Positions 47,810 through 59,097 of a stretch of 59,226 bases of DNA are shown in pieces (positions within the stretch are counted from its first letter, which is position 1; each line of letters begins with the position of its first letter). The stretch is from Oculatellaceae cyanobacterium bins.114 (lineage in GTDB: Bacteria; Cyanobacteriota; Cyanobacteriia; Elainellales; Elainellaceae), in the NCBI GenBank assembly GCA_033764315.1, contig JANRJA010000249.1, forward strand, positions 1-59,226. Direction: 5' to 3'. The position numbers and the translations under genes were made by a program. The notes beneath the pieces are model-generated. The model made no database searches, was not told the origin of the DNA, and worked only from the letters and a program-made list of their open reading frames with translations.

Positions 47810-47990
47810 CAGGTACTGTGTTACCTGCACTTTCTTTCGCCCTTATCAGCACAAAAGCCCTGAACGTCCTCATCATTATGCTCTGGTGAATGCTCCCTTT
47901 GGCGATCGCAACCTGCGCTTGAATTGCCCTGAATATGTTGTGGCGGAATCGGAAATGGCAAATCGAAATTGGCAGCTTTATCTTTCACAG
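47810..47990 (+). pseudogene. Cys/His-rich C-terminal fragment resembling the tail of a MarR-type regulator
   Basis: CVTCTFFRPYQH..PHH.ALVNAPFGDRNLRLNCPE with no N-terminal part. Confidence 0.55.
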
Positions 47991-48194
47991 TGGAGTATTG
48001 ATGTCCTAAGTGGGGTTTGTGCAGTGAAACTTTATACTCATCTGGGTTTCTACAAGATTCATTTCAAAACGTTGCCAACTCCTGTCTAAAAACGTTTTAA
48101 CTTTAAAGGGGCTGCAATTTTTCTAATGTACGAATGATGGCATTAATCATGCGATCGCTGTTCTTTCAATAGACTCAATTCGTATTGAACCCAT

Positions 48195-49688
48195 ATGTCT
48201 CCTGCTGATACTCCCTCTCCTAATCCCTTGTTTGCGATTCCGCTGTTAAATCGTGCCAAAAACCAATATGCAAAAGGACACTATGAGTCGGCGATCGCAT
48301 CCTGTAACGAGGCTTTAGCATTCAATCCAAATTTGCAGAAGATTTATAGCTGTCGGGCAAGCTGTTATTTTGAGCTAAAAAATTATGATGCAGCATTAGC
48401 CGATCAGACTCGTGCGATCGAGTTGCAACCAGATTCCGCACAGGCATATTGCGATCGCGGACTCACTTACACCGCACTAGAGCAGCCACAAAATGCCCTA
48501 ATAGACTACAATCGAGCGTTAGAATTAAAGCCCAATTTGACAAAAGCTCGTGTCGGTCGTAGTTGGGCACAATTGCAACTCAAAGAGTATGAAAAAGCTT
48601 TTGCAGACTGCGATTATGTCTTAAAACGCAATCCAGAACTATTAGGCGTTTACGATTTTAGAGCTGCGGCTCGTCAGGGCATGAATGACATTCCTGGAAT
48701 GTTAAAGGACTTAAATTACAGCACGAACTTAAAACTGATTACAGACCGTCACAATGCTAAGGTCTGGATGTCTAAAGGTGCGCTGCTCTCTAACTCTGGC
48801 GATTACTCTGCGGCACTACAACATCTGGATCACTCGCTACAACTTGACCCAACACTGGCGGATGCCTGGATGTCTAGAGGCGTAGTAAACGCTGCACTGG
48901 AAAATTATTCCGCTGCATTAGAAGATTTAAATCATGCGCTGCAAATCGATGCGAATTTGGTAGATGCTTACTTAAATCGTGTGGCTATCTATTTGGATAT
49001 GAAATTGTATCAGGAGGCGATTCAAGATTGCGATCGCATCCTTCTCAATGAACATTCTGATGAACATTCTTTAACCGCTTATTCCCTTCGTAGCCATGCC
49101 AAACTGGAATTAGGCTTGCATCAGGAGGCCATTCAAGATTGTGATCGTGCTCTTCAAATCAATCCTGAATTAACTCTTTTCTATGCTATTAAAGGGACGG
49201 CTCTTTTGTATATGGGTAGATATCGTTCTGCTCTTCATGAGTTTTTAGAAAACTTGCGTTTGACACCTGAACCTACTGCCAAGCAATACTACAAAATTGC
49301 TCTCCTGCAATATTGGTTGGGAATGAATGATGATGCGATCGCCAACTTTGATCGCATGTTAGAAATGAACCCACAGTCAATTGTGGCGTACTATTACCGG
49401 GGCAACCTGCGGCTGAGAATGGGTGATTCTCCTGAAGCAAAACAGCATCAACGCGCTGCTGCCGTTCAAGATTTTCAACAGGCAAAATTGCTGGAAACGA
49501 CAGATGTCAATCAGTTATATCCTGAAGATGAATACGCCTATTACATTCGAGGTGTCGTCCGCGCTCGGATGGGTCAACGAGAAGACGCAATTGCAGATTT
49601 ACAACAAGCTCTCAAGTTTTGTCAAAGCCATTTTAGTCAAGCGTTTGAACAAGTTGTGAGAGATAGATTAGATCAGATCAGTGTATGA
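48195..49688 (+). CDS. Tetratricopeptide repeat protein
   Basis: Many 34-aa repeats, e.g. AY..RG......A..DY..AL. Confidence 0.92.
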   Translation: MSPADTPSPNPLFAIPLLNRAKNQYAKGHYESAIASCNEALAFNPNLQKIYSCRASCYFELKNYDAALADQTRAIELQPDSAQAYCDRGLTYTALEQPQNALIDYNRALELKPNLTKARVGRSWAQLQLKEYEKAFADCDYVLKRNPELLGVYDFRAAARQGMNDIPGMLKDLNYSTNLKLITDRHNAKVWMSKGALLSNSGDYSAALQHLDHSLQLDPTLADAWMSRGVVNAALENYSAALEDLNHALQIDANLVDAYLNRVAIYLDMKLYQEAIQDCDRILLNEHSDEHSLTAYSLRSHAKLELGLHQEAIQDCDRALQINPELTLFYAIKGTALLYMGRYRSALHEFLENLRLTPEPTAKQYYKIALLQYWLGMNDDAIANFDRMLEMNPQSIVAYYYRGNLRLRMGDSPEAKQHQRAAAVQDFQQAKLLETTDVNQLYPEDEYAYYIRGVVRARMGQREDAIADLQQALKFCQSHFSQAFEQVVRDRLDQISV

Positions 49689-50098
49689 AGAATGTTGCTT
49701 GATTGCTGCAACAGAAGAGACAGAAGAAACAAGAGATAGAACTCGATCAACATCACTCCAAATCGCTTCTGCGTAATCCGCAGAGAGTTTGCACTGCCAA
49801 TATATCTTGTTGTCGAGACAGGTAAGACAAAGGGGTAGAACTCCTGCACCCGTCCTAGCTAAACCTTTGCTTGCGATACAATCTTGTCTCGCGTGAAACT
49901 CAGTCGTCTTATAATGAGTCCATATAAGATACATTGAGTCTAATGTTAATACAATTATGTTCTCATCGTGAAATCAATGGTCTTATACCAATTTGATGTG
50001 AAAATATGGCAAATGCTACAAATGCAACCCCTCCCAATCTTCCCTTGGCAATGGGAGGTGCCGTAGGACGTTCGTGTCTTAATCGAACAGACTATAGC

Positions 50099-51853
50099 CT
50101 ACTCTGAAGCCTCGTTTAGAGAGTAAGCGGTAATGGGTAGCCAAACCGTAAAGCATAACGTTTCATTGCGGTTGTCTACTGTAATGCTTCCATCTAGTTG
50201 CTCTACCAATTTTTTGACCAGAGCTAGCCCTAATCCAGTGCCGCCATGTTTCCAGGGATCATTGTTGGGAATGCGGTAGAACTTATCAAAGAGGTGACCT
50301 AGTTCTTCTGAGGAAATTTCGACGCCAGTGTTAGAAATTTGGAGACAGAGTTTTTCTGCTTCTAGAGTGGCGGAAACCGTGATTATTTCGTTAGCTGGAG
50401 TATACTTACAAGCGTTATTTAGTAATTCTGTGACAACTCGACTTAATGCAGAAAAATCAACGGTGAAAAACGGAATATTGTCATCTAAATCCAGGTGCAG
50501 GACTTGTTGCTGTTCTTGAGTCTTGGCTTGAAAGGCGTCAATCATATGAGGCAACCAATCCAATAGATTGACTGCGATCGGTTCTGCAACATGAACTCCT
50601 GCTTCTAAATGCTGCAAGTCTAATAAATCGTTTACTAATTGGAGTTCGCGATCGCACTCTAGTTTAAGAATCTCAAAATACTGAACCGCTTTGTTAGTTA
50701 AAGTATCAGGTTGTGAAATTTTTTCTAACAGATTTTGTCCGTATTGAGTTAGCAGATCTAACATTTGCAATGCCAGATTCATGTTAGATAACGGACTTCT
50801 TAATTCATGAGAAATAGTGCTTAAAAAGTCATCTTTGAGTTGATTGAGCCGTTCTAATTCTGTGACTTGTCGCTGAGCTGATGTATAGAGTCTTGCCTGA
50901 CGTAGGGCGATCGCACATTGATTGGCTACTTGCTCGACCAAATGCACTTCTCGCTCACTAAAGCTAGATGGGGTAGATTTAAACACCCATAGGTCTCCTA
51001 AAATTCCTTTTTTTTCGACCTGGTCGTCAAAGATGGGGCAAGCCAAAATAGCAGACTGATCGGGAGTGGACGTGGGTTGAAGCTGGCAAAAGGCAAAACA
51101 ATATCTTTGATGTAATTGGTCGTAGATTTCGGGAGCATCTGCTATTAAGAGGGTTTGCCCTTGGGTCACTGGATAGTTGGGTTGGACATATTGGTAACGA
51201 ATCGTAGAGGTGAGGCGATCGGGGCTATATAGAGCCGCGTCACAACAAAATCCTCCAAGGGCACTTGTCAGTTCTTCGACCGCTGTCCGCAAAATTTGGT
51301 GTTGGTCTAAGGTGTCGCGCATCTGATCAGAGATACGTTTTAAGGTTCTTTCAAAGGTCAAAGCTTGCTCTAACTCTAACGTACGAGCCTTGACCTGACG
51401 TTCTAAGTCAGAGTTGAGATATTGCAGTTGTTGCGTTAAGTTGAGCAGTTGCTGATACTGCGATTGAATGATCAGTTGATGCTGAATTCGAGACAAGACT
51501 TCTTGAGATCGAAATGGTTTGGTGATGTAGTCGGCTCCACCTACCTCAAACGCTTTGACCTTGTCGTCTACTTCATTGGAGGCACTAATGAAAAGGATGG
51601 GAATTTTGCAGGTTTGGGGCGATCGCTTGAGGGCAGCACAAACCTCAAATCCATCCATTATGGGCATCCGAATATCTAGCAGAATCAAATCGGGGATCTG
51701 CGTATAAATTGTTTCCAGTGCCATTGCGCCGCTGGTTGCTTTCCTGACCTTATATCCTTCGGCTTGCAAAATGAGAGAAAGAGTTCGCAGATTATCAGGA
51801 TGATCATCAACGACTAAAAGATTTGCTTTAATGCTAGTTTCGCTGTTTGACAT
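50099..51853 (-). CDS. Hybrid response regulator/histidine kinase (REC-GAF-HisKA-HATPase)
   Basis: LVVDD..DIRMP..KP; ISHELRSPL; NNACKY; GGTGLGL. Confidence 0.93.
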   Translation of the reverse strand: MSNSETSIKANLLVVDDHPDNLRTLSLILQAEGYKVRKATSGAMALETIYTQIPDLILLDIRMPIMDGFEVCAALKRSPQTCKIPILFISASNEVDDKVKAFEVGGADYITKPFRSQEVLSRIQHQLIIQSQYQQLLNLTQQLQYLNSDLERQVKARTLELEQALTFERTLKRISDQMRDTLDQHQILRTAVEELTSALGGFCCDAALYSPDRLTSTIRYQYVQPNYPVTQGQTLLIADAPEIYDQLHQRYCFAFCQLQPTSTPDQSAILACPIFDDQVEKKGILGDLWVFKSTPSSFSEREVHLVEQVANQCAIALRQARLYTSAQRQVTELERLNQLKDDFLSTISHELRSPLSNMNLALQMLDLLTQYGQNLLEKISQPDTLTNKAVQYFEILKLECDRELQLVNDLLDLQHLEAGVHVAEPIAVNLLDWLPHMIDAFQAKTQEQQQVLHLDLDDNIPFFTVDFSALSRVVTELLNNACKYTPANEIITVSATLEAEKLCLQISNTGVEISSEELGHLFDKFYRIPNNDPWKHGGTGLGLALVKKLVEQLDGSITVDNRNETLCFTVWLPITAYSLNEASE

Positions 51854-51957
51854 ATGCTGTCCGCGATCGCGCGCTCAGGAAAGACTGTAATTCAATTCTC
51901 AATTTAACAACTGGCTTGTTTCAGATTCTCAATGCTTTTTAATGAATCAGGACTTGG

Positions 51958-54900
51958 TTAGTTGGATGGGGTGTCGGGTTGGGTCAGTTGTAGGATCACC
52001 TCAAACCTATAGTTTTGAAGTAAATGATTTAAGCCCCTAATCAACGTAGTATGCTCTGCTGGAACTTGTTTGATCAGTGAGAATGTTTCCTCTTCATCAC
52101 AATTGAGGGCAGCCTGATGGAGGGCGGCAATCCAATCGGGGGGCATACATTGAAGCGATGAAGGATGGGGGATAAAGGATGAGGGTGGAGTGAGTTCTGC
52201 GCCCTGGTCTCTATCTTCTTGATAGCGATACAAGATCCCTAGATGGTCTGCCATCTTACTTAAGATAATGTCTATTTGAATGGGTTTACTAACAAAGTCA
52301 TCAAAGCCTGAAGCAAGGGCGAGGGTGCGATCGCTAGCCGATACCTGGACGGTGAAGGCAATGATTTTTGTGGGGACTGGAGAATCGGCGGATCGGGTGG
52401 ATGCGGTCTCATTAACTCTCTCACTTTCATGCTCAGGTGCTTGTGTTCTCAAACGCTCTAATTCTCGAATTCTCTGCGTCGTTTCACACCCATCCATCTC
52501 TGGCATGCGAATGTCCATCCAGATCAGGTGAGGGTGCCAGTGTTGCCAACAGGCGATCGCTTCTGCACCACTAGCCACATCTCGTACTTCTAACCCGATG
52601 CGAGTTAGGAGCTTGACCATCAATTGACGGTTGCTAGGTTGGTCATCGACCACCAAGATGCGATAGGTGGGCTGACCCAGAGCCACGCCAATTACCCGAT
52701 ATTTGTTAGCCGTCAGGGGCACATGAGTTATGTTGGTGGAGCACAATGGAATAGAGAAATTAAACGTGCTGCCTTGTGCCAGGGTGCTGCGAACGCTCAA
52801 GTCACCCCCCAATACAGTTGCAATTTGACGACTAATTGCCAGTCCCAGTCCGGTTCCCTCTAATGAAACTCTGCCCGCTTCAGCTTGGGTAAAGGCGTCA
52901 AAGATAATCCCTATTTCTTCGGGGGCAATGCCCACTCCTGTGTCTTCGACCTCAAAAGTTAGCATGACGAGCGGATCGGCAGATCGGGATTCGTCTGTAG
53001 CCTCATCTAAGACGGAGTTGTCGCGATCGACAAGATCTCTCTCTACCTCATTGCCAACCTCTGCGGAATCCTGCTCGACTTGAGGATGGTCAGCTGAGAC
53101 CCGCAGTTCTACACTCCCTTGATCAGTAAACTTAATCGCATTATTCAACAGATTAATGAGGACTTGGCGGAGCTTGTTAATATCAGTGATGACAAATTGG
53201 GGAGTATTGGGATTAATTTCAAGATTGAACTGTAACCCTTTATTGGCTGCTCGTTCTTGAAACATGCCTCGCAAATCGTATAACAGCCCATACAAATCAA
53301 TAGGGGTGTTTTCTAACGTGGTGCGTCCAGCTTCGATTTTAGATAAATCTAAAATTTCGTTAATGAGATGCAATAGGTGATCACCACTGCGATGCATGAT
53401 GCGGATGCAGTCTTGCTGTTCTAGATTTAAAGAGGAGTCGCGACGCAAGAGTTGAGTAAAGCCAAGAATGACATTCAGGGGAGTTCGCAGTTCATGGCTC
53501 ATGTTGGCTAGAAAAAGGCTTTTTGCTCGGTTTGCTGCATCAGCCGCTTCTACAGCTTGCTGGAGATCGACGGTGCGCTCTTGAATTCGTTGCTCTAGTT
53601 CTAAATTGATCTGTTGCAACGCAGCTTCGGCTTGTTTGAGATTGGTAATGTCATCATAGCAACCGAGCACACCGAGCACTTCGCCTTGGCTGCTGGTCAA
53701 GGGAATTTTGCTGCTACGGATCCAGATTTCTTCCCCATTTAAGTTGTTGGTTGGTTCCTCGTAGTTGAGCTTGGGCGTACGAGTATTCATCACCATGACA
53801 TCATCGGCCCGATAGAGGTGTGCCCAGTCTGCCCAGGGCAATTCCAGATCTGTTTTGCCAACAATTTCGTCAATGGTCAGTTGATAGTCTTGAGCAAAGG
53901 CAGAGTTGCAGCCCAGAAATCTAGATTGGCGATCTTTCCAAAACACTCGCTGAGGAATGGTGTCTAGAACGAGTTTCAACATGTTGCGAGATTCTTGCAG
54001 GTCTCGTTCGGCTTGTTTGCGATCGCCAATATCGGTGTGAATTCCCAGCATTCGCAGCGGTTGCCCTGCCTCATCCCAGGCGACGATTTTGCCAACCGAG
54101 AGAATCCATTTCCAATCTCCGGTTTGGGTGCGCTGACGAAATTCCACGGTGTAATCAGGACTTTCTCCAGCAATGTAAGACCGATAGGCGGCGGCGACTG
54201 ATTCTCGATCATCGGGATGCAATCGTTGAAGCCAGGCTGCATTTGTCTCTTGAAAAGTGGCTGGCTCGTATCCCAGCATAGTGGCATATTCTGGGCTGAC
54301 GATCGTCTCTCCAGTTTGAATGTTGAGGTCATAGAGACCTTGGCTAGTAGACCTAAGAGCTAATCGCAAGCGTTCTTCGCTGTCCCGCAGCAATTGTTCA
54401 GCTTGTTTGCGATCAGTGATATCGCGAGCCAGACCGATCAGACCGATGACATTGTTTTGATTATCGTACCAGGGACTTTTTGTGGTGAGATAGGTGCGGG
54501 TGCCGTCAGGGTGGGGAACCCATTCTTCAAAGGTTTCGGCAATGCCTGTTTGCATGATGCGGCGATCGATGGTTTGAATATGCTGCACCTTTTCAGGGGG
54601 CCAAAGTTCCGTGTCGTCTTTGCCAATTAATTGGTCGATCGGTTGACCAAAGAAACTGGCAAAGGTTGAGTTGGCCGTGATAATGCGTCCCTCTAGGTCT
54701 TTCACGAAGATGACATCGGGTGTGCTTTCAATCACCGACTGCAAGATCAGGTTCTTTTCGGCAAGGGTCGCTGAAGCCGCTTTTTGATCGGTGATATCTG
54801 CGACTACCCCAATCAGTTGTGCGGCGGCAGCATGTAAATGTCGAGGAATCATGCCCCAAACAGCGAGCCAACGAAGTTCACCATCTAAACGATGAATGCG

Positions 54901-57900
54901 GTATTCAATGTTGTAAGGTGCTCCGGTTTCAAAGGTATGGGCGATCGCTTCTATGACACGATCAGTGTCTTCTGGGTGCACCATTGCCAAAAAGGTTTCG
55001 CGATCGCCCGGAAAGGTGCCAGGTACATATCCAAAGATTTCTTGTGCTCGGTCAGACCAATTCAACTGCCCGGTTGACAGGCTACAACTCCAGGCACCCA
55101 TGTTGGCGGCATCTAGCGCGAGTTGAAGGCGCAATTGCTCAGCTCGCAAATCTTGAGTACGTCGCTGAATCCGCTCTTCCAGTTCGGTGTTAAGTTGTTG
55201 GATCGCCTCCATTGCCTGCAACCGTTCTATTTCAGCAGCGGCTCTGGCTCCAAATATTCTGAGCAATGCTTCTGCCCGTTGAGGATTCACAATCGCAGTG
55301 CGGTTGAGAATGCAAAGAACCCCGATCACCTCCCTGTTGTTGTTTTGTAAGGCAATGCCTAAATAGCTATCACTCTCAAATGCCACCAGATCTGGATCAA
55401 GGGGAAACTCTCTCTGCACATGGCTAGAGCAGTAATAGAATCCGTTTTGCAAAGTCCGCTCACAGGGAGTATGGAGGAAGAGATAGGAACTGTTCTCCTG
55501 GTTTTGACCATCAGCGCAAAATGCGAGGGATTGTAAGCGATCGCCCAGAAGTTGAGAAACAATCACATGGGACACATTGAGTGCTACTGCAATTTGTTGA
55601 GTTAACACTGGGAAGAAGTCTTCACCTGTGACAGACGCTGTTCCTTCGACTAGACTTTGCAGCACGAGTTCGGCTTGTTTGCGATCGCTGATATCTCGGC
55701 AAATGCAAAGCTGAACAGACTGTCCACTCCAATCAACTGGGTTTGAGCTAACTTCTACATCATAAATTGATCCATCTTTGCGGCGATGGCAGGTTTCAAA
55801 GGTGTTGTCACAAAAGGCAAACTCGTTAATCTTTTGCTCTAGTTCGGAACGTGTCCAATGGGCATCAAAATCAACTAAATTGAGAGTGATGACTTCTTCT
55901 AGAGAATAGCCCAGCATGTGGGCAAAACTAGCATTGGCTTCGATGACATGGCCTGCTTGATCTAAAATGACAATGCCGTCAATCGAGGTATCAAAGAGGG
56001 TTCTGCGGTGGAAAATTTCTTGAGCTAGGGCAATTTCGCTAATTTTGCGATCGGTAATATCATCGGCCAGACCAATAAAACGGAGCGGATAACCTCCAGC
56101 ATCTTGAATGACTGCTACCTGGACTGAAATCCAACGAATTGATCCATCTGGTCGAATAATTCGGTAATCTAGTTGACCACTATTTCCCTGTACTTTTGAG
56201 GCTATAAATGCCTGAACGCGATCGCGGTCGTCTGGGTGAATTGCCTCCATCCAAACCGAAGGGTTTTCTAGCAGTTCATCGCGCGATCGCCCCCAAATCT
56301 TTTCGTAGGCAGGGCCGATATAAGCAAACTGATCGGGATTGAGCTCTCGCACAAAAAACGTTTGCGGGATCGTATTGGCGATTTCGCGGAAGCGTTCTTC
56401 GCTCTCTTGTAAGGCAAGCTCTGTTAGCTTGCGATCGCTGATGTCGATGAGCAATCCATCCCAAACAACGCCTTCAGGGGTAGACTCTGGGCGAGATTTT
56501 CCTTGAATCCATTTCAATCGACCAGAGGGGGTGGTTAATCGACCTTCCCAATTCCAATCGGCACAGTTTTGTACGGCTATGGCAACCGAAGATTGGAGAG
56601 AGGGGAAGTCGTCTGGATGAATTAAACTCCAGACCGAATTGGCATCTTGAAGAACGCGATCGGGGGTTAGCTCTAGGAGGTCATTAGAACCAGGACTAAC
56701 ATAGGTAAAAAAGCCAACTCCATCGTTGCCAGGGAAGTAACGATACATCATCCCTGGCACATTTTTGACCAAGATCTGGAATCGGGCTTCACTCTCTTTA
56801 AGGGCTGCTTCCGCTTGTTTGCGATCGCTGACATCACAGGCGAGTGACAAAATGGAAACTAAATTTCCCTGCTCATCTAACAAAATGGAGTTGTACCATT
56901 CGCAGTCGATGACAGAGCCATCCTTGCGATAATTACGGTTGTGACAAGTTGTGCTAGTGCCTTGCAATAATTGGGTGGCAGCCTGATTCACATACTCTAA
57001 ATCATCCTCAAAGATGAATTGCCACTCCAGCATGGTTTTCCCCATCACCTCGTCGGCTGTCCAGCCAAAGATGGTTTCTGCCTGGTTAGACCAGCTTTCA
57101 ACTCGAAACTCTCGATTCCAGCGAATGGTTGCCAAGGGAGAGGTTTCGATGTGATGGGTTAGGGTTTGCAGTGCTTCTTGTAGTGCTAGTTCTGCTAGTT
57201 TGCGATCGGTGATGTCACGGTTCATCCCGGCATACCGATAGATTTCTCCAGCTTGATTGCGAATGGGAAAACTACAATCCCAAATCCAGCGAATCGAGCC
57301 ATCGGGATGAACAATGCGGTATTCGTCGTTGAAGAATTCGGTGCCCTTTAGCTCTTGCTGAAGCTTTGTTGAAATGCGATCGCGGTCTTCTGGGTGAATT
57401 CTATCAATCCAACATTCAGGGTTTTGATAGGTTATCTCACGAGAGCATTGCAAAATCTGCTCATAGGCGGGGTTGAGATAGAGCAGTTCACCCGTCTCCA
57501 CAACTCTGAGAAAGAAGACATCGTTAATACTATCGACAATCTGTCGAAATTGTTCTTCGCTTTCGTATAAAGCAACTTCGACTTGTTTGCGATCGGTGAT
57601 ATCGGTCAGACTGCCAACATAACCGATTAACGCACCTGTTGCATCTAGTTCTCTGGCGACTTGAACGTAGTACCAATTGATGCTGCCATCGGGGCGGAGA
57701 TGTCTCCCTTCTCCCTGTTGGATAATGAAATTGTCCGTAATCTCTTGCAAAGAGATGTCATTCCATTGAGCTAACGCAAACTCACGCTCATCGGGGTGCA
57801 GGGCTTCAATCCATCCTTTACCTAAAGCAGATTCTTTAGGTCTGCCTGTCATTTCACTCCAGCGATCGTTGACATAGACACAGTTTAAAGAGGCATCAAA

Positions 57901-59097
57901 CCGGAAAATAGCCACGGGGCTGATTTCGGTGAGGGTGCGATATCGAGCTTCGCTGGCTTGAAGGGCAAGTTCAGCAGCTTTGCGATCGCTAATATCACGC
58001 ACCAACAACAACACTTCATCATCACTGTAGGGAAATACTCGAACCTCTTCGATTTGGATGTTGTTATCAATCGAGAGGTTTTGTTCATAGATTTGAATAG
58101 ACTGGGTTTGCAATGCCGTTTGAATAGCGGTCAAGCGTTGTTGAGCCGCATTAGGGGGAAGGCTTTCACTGACGTGGGTGCCAACCAACTCAGGCAAATT
58201 GCCGACCACTCGAAAGTTGGGCGTGTTGACAAATTCTAGATAAATCCCTGCTCGGTTGATCCGCATGAGCAGGTCAGGAAGAGCTTGAATCAAGGCTCGT
58301 TGATGCGCTTCGCTAATTTGCAGTGCCAGTTCAATGTCTTTGCGATCGCTAACATCAATAGCCAGACTGTAGTAGCCTCTGACCTGGGATTGAGCCGTTA
58401 CATCGGGAACTAGAATGACTGAGAAACATCGTTCTGATTCAGGTGCCTGCGGTATCGTTAACTCATGACTGACTAATTCTCCTGCCAGTGCTCGTTGAAT
58501 CCAGGGATAAGCGAGAGTATAGTTTGTCTCGCCAATAATGTCGCGGACATGGTGACCACAAATTTCCTCACGGCTCATGCCAAAGTGGGTTTCGTAAGCC
58601 TGATTAACAAACTGGTAGCGTTGTTCGCTATCGGTATAGGACATGAACACGGGCAAGGCATCGGTTAGCAACTGTAACTGTTCTTTGCTGTCTCGTTCAT
58701 GGCGATATTGTTCACGAAGTTGGTTAAAAGACTGAGTTAAAGTTTTGAGTTCGGCGATCGCGATGTCTTCTGATAATGGTTGCCCCTCTCCGTGAGCGAG
58801 TGCAGTGAAGGCTTGCTGGAGTCTTAAAATGGGTTGGGTAATCCAACGAGTTGTGATGACAGCGATCGCGGTTGTCATAACCAGCATAAACCCACCCAGA
58901 TAAAGAATTTGGGTGGGATCGGTGTGCATGTTAAATGAATACCCTACTAATGCTATGGCACTAGCTGTCTGCAACACAAAGGAAATAACGAGAACCCACC
59001 ACAGAGAAATGTTGGGAATGGGTTGACGGAATAGGTGGGGAAAGGAGAGGCGCATGAAACCATTAATACATAGAAAATTATATATATACGCAGACAA
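51958..59097 (-). CDS. Membrane multi-PAS/GAF hybrid histidine kinase (HAMP, about 10 PAS, GAF, HisKA, HATPase, REC)
   Basis: Repeated DISDRK/DITDRK PAC ends; MSHELRTPL; GTGLGL; WMDIRMP; start may be 59055. Confidence 0.93.
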   Translation of the reverse strand: MSAYIYNFLCINGFMRLSFPHLFRQPIPNISLWWVLVISFVLQTASAIALVGYSFNMHTDPTQILYLGGFMLVMTTAIAVITTRWITQPILRLQQAFTALAHGEGQPLSEDIAIAELKTLTQSFNQLREQYRHERDSKEQLQLLTDALPVFMSYTDSEQRYQFVNQAYETHFGMSREEICGHHVRDIIGETNYTLAYPWIQRALAGELVSHELTIPQAPESERCFSVILVPDVTAQSQVRGYYSLAIDVSDRKDIELALQISEAHQRALIQALPDLLMRINRAGIYLEFVNTPNFRVVGNLPELVGTHVSESLPPNAAQQRLTAIQTALQTQSIQIYEQNLSIDNNIQIEEVRVFPYSDDEVLLLVRDISDRKAAELALQASEARYRTLTEISPVAIFRFDASLNCVYVNDRWSEMTGRPKESALGKGWIEALHPDEREFALAQWNDISLQEITDNFIIQQGEGRHLRPDGSINWYYVQVARELDATGALIGYVGSLTDITDRKQVEVALYESEEQFRQIVDSINDVFFLRVVETGELLYLNPAYEQILQCSREITYQNPECWIDRIHPEDRDRISTKLQQELKGTEFFNDEYRIVHPDGSIRWIWDCSFPIRNQAGEIYRYAGMNRDITDRKLAELALQEALQTLTHHIETSPLATIRWNREFRVESWSNQAETIFGWTADEVMGKTMLEWQFIFEDDLEYVNQAATQLLQGTSTTCHNRNYRKDGSVIDCEWYNSILLDEQGNLVSILSLACDVSDRKQAEAALKESEARFQILVKNVPGMMYRYFPGNDGVGFFTYVSPGSNDLLELTPDRVLQDANSVWSLIHPDDFPSLQSSVAIAVQNCADWNWEGRLTTPSGRLKWIQGKSRPESTPEGVVWDGLLIDISDRKLTELALQESEERFREIANTIPQTFFVRELNPDQFAYIGPAYEKIWGRSRDELLENPSVWMEAIHPDDRDRVQAFIASKVQGNSGQLDYRIIRPDGSIRWISVQVAVIQDAGGYPLRFIGLADDITDRKISEIALAQEIFHRRTLFDTSIDGIVILDQAGHVIEANASFAHMLGYSLEEVITLNLVDFDAHWTRSELEQKINEFAFCDNTFETCHRRKDGSIYDVEVSSNPVDWSGQSVQLCICRDISDRKQAELVLQSLVEGTASVTGEDFFPVLTQQIAVALNVSHVIVSQLLGDRLQSLAFCADGQNQENSSYLFLHTPCERTLQNGFYYCSSHVQREFPLDPDLVAFESDSYLGIALQNNNREVIGVLCILNRTAIVNPQRAEALLRIFGARAAAEIERLQAMEAIQQLNTELEERIQRRTQDLRAEQLRLQLALDAANMGAWSCSLSTGQLNWSDRAQEIFGYVPGTFPGDRETFLAMVHPEDTDRVIEAIAHTFETGAPYNIEYRIHRLDGELRWLAVWGMIPRHLHAAAAQLIGVVADITDQKAASATLAEKNLILQSVIESTPDVIFVKDLEGRIITANSTFASFFGQPIDQLIGKDDTELWPPEKVQHIQTIDRRIMQTGIAETFEEWVPHPDGTRTYLTTKSPWYDNQNNVIGLIGLARDITDRKQAEQLLRDSEERLRLALRSTSQGLYDLNIQTGETIVSPEYATMLGYEPATFQETNAAWLQRLHPDDRESVAAAYRSYIAGESPDYTVEFRQRTQTGDWKWILSVGKIVAWDEAGQPLRMLGIHTDIGDRKQAERDLQESRNMLKLVLDTIPQRVFWKDRQSRFLGCNSAFAQDYQLTIDEIVGKTDLELPWADWAHLYRADDVMVMNTRTPKLNYEEPTNNLNGEEIWIRSSKIPLTSSQGEVLGVLGCYDDITNLKQAEAALQQINLELEQRIQERTVDLQQAVEAADAANRAKSLFLANMSHELRTPLNVILGFTQLLRRDSSLNLEQQDCIRIMHRSGDHLLHLINEILDLSKIEAGRTTLENTPIDLYGLLYDLRGMFQERAANKGLQFNLEINPNTPQFVITDINKLRQVLINLLNNAIKFTDQGSVELRVSADHPQVEQDSAEVGNEVERDLVDRDNSVLDEATDESRSADPLVMLTFEVEDTGVGIAPEEIGIIFDAFTQAEAGRVSLEGTGLGLAISRQIATVLGGDLSVRSTLAQGSTFNFSIPLCSTNITHVPLTANKYRVIGVALGQPTYRILVVDDQPSNRQLMVKLLTRIGLEVRDVASGAEAIACWQHWHPHLIWMDIRMPEMDGCETTQRIRELERLRTQAPEHESERVNETASTRSADSPVPTKIIAFTVQVSASDRTLALASGFDDFVSKPIQIDIILSKMADHLGILYRYQEDRDQGAELTPPSSFIPHPSSLQCMPPDWIAALHQAALNCDEEETFSLIKQVPAEHTTLIRGLNHLLQNYRFEVILQLTQPDTPSN

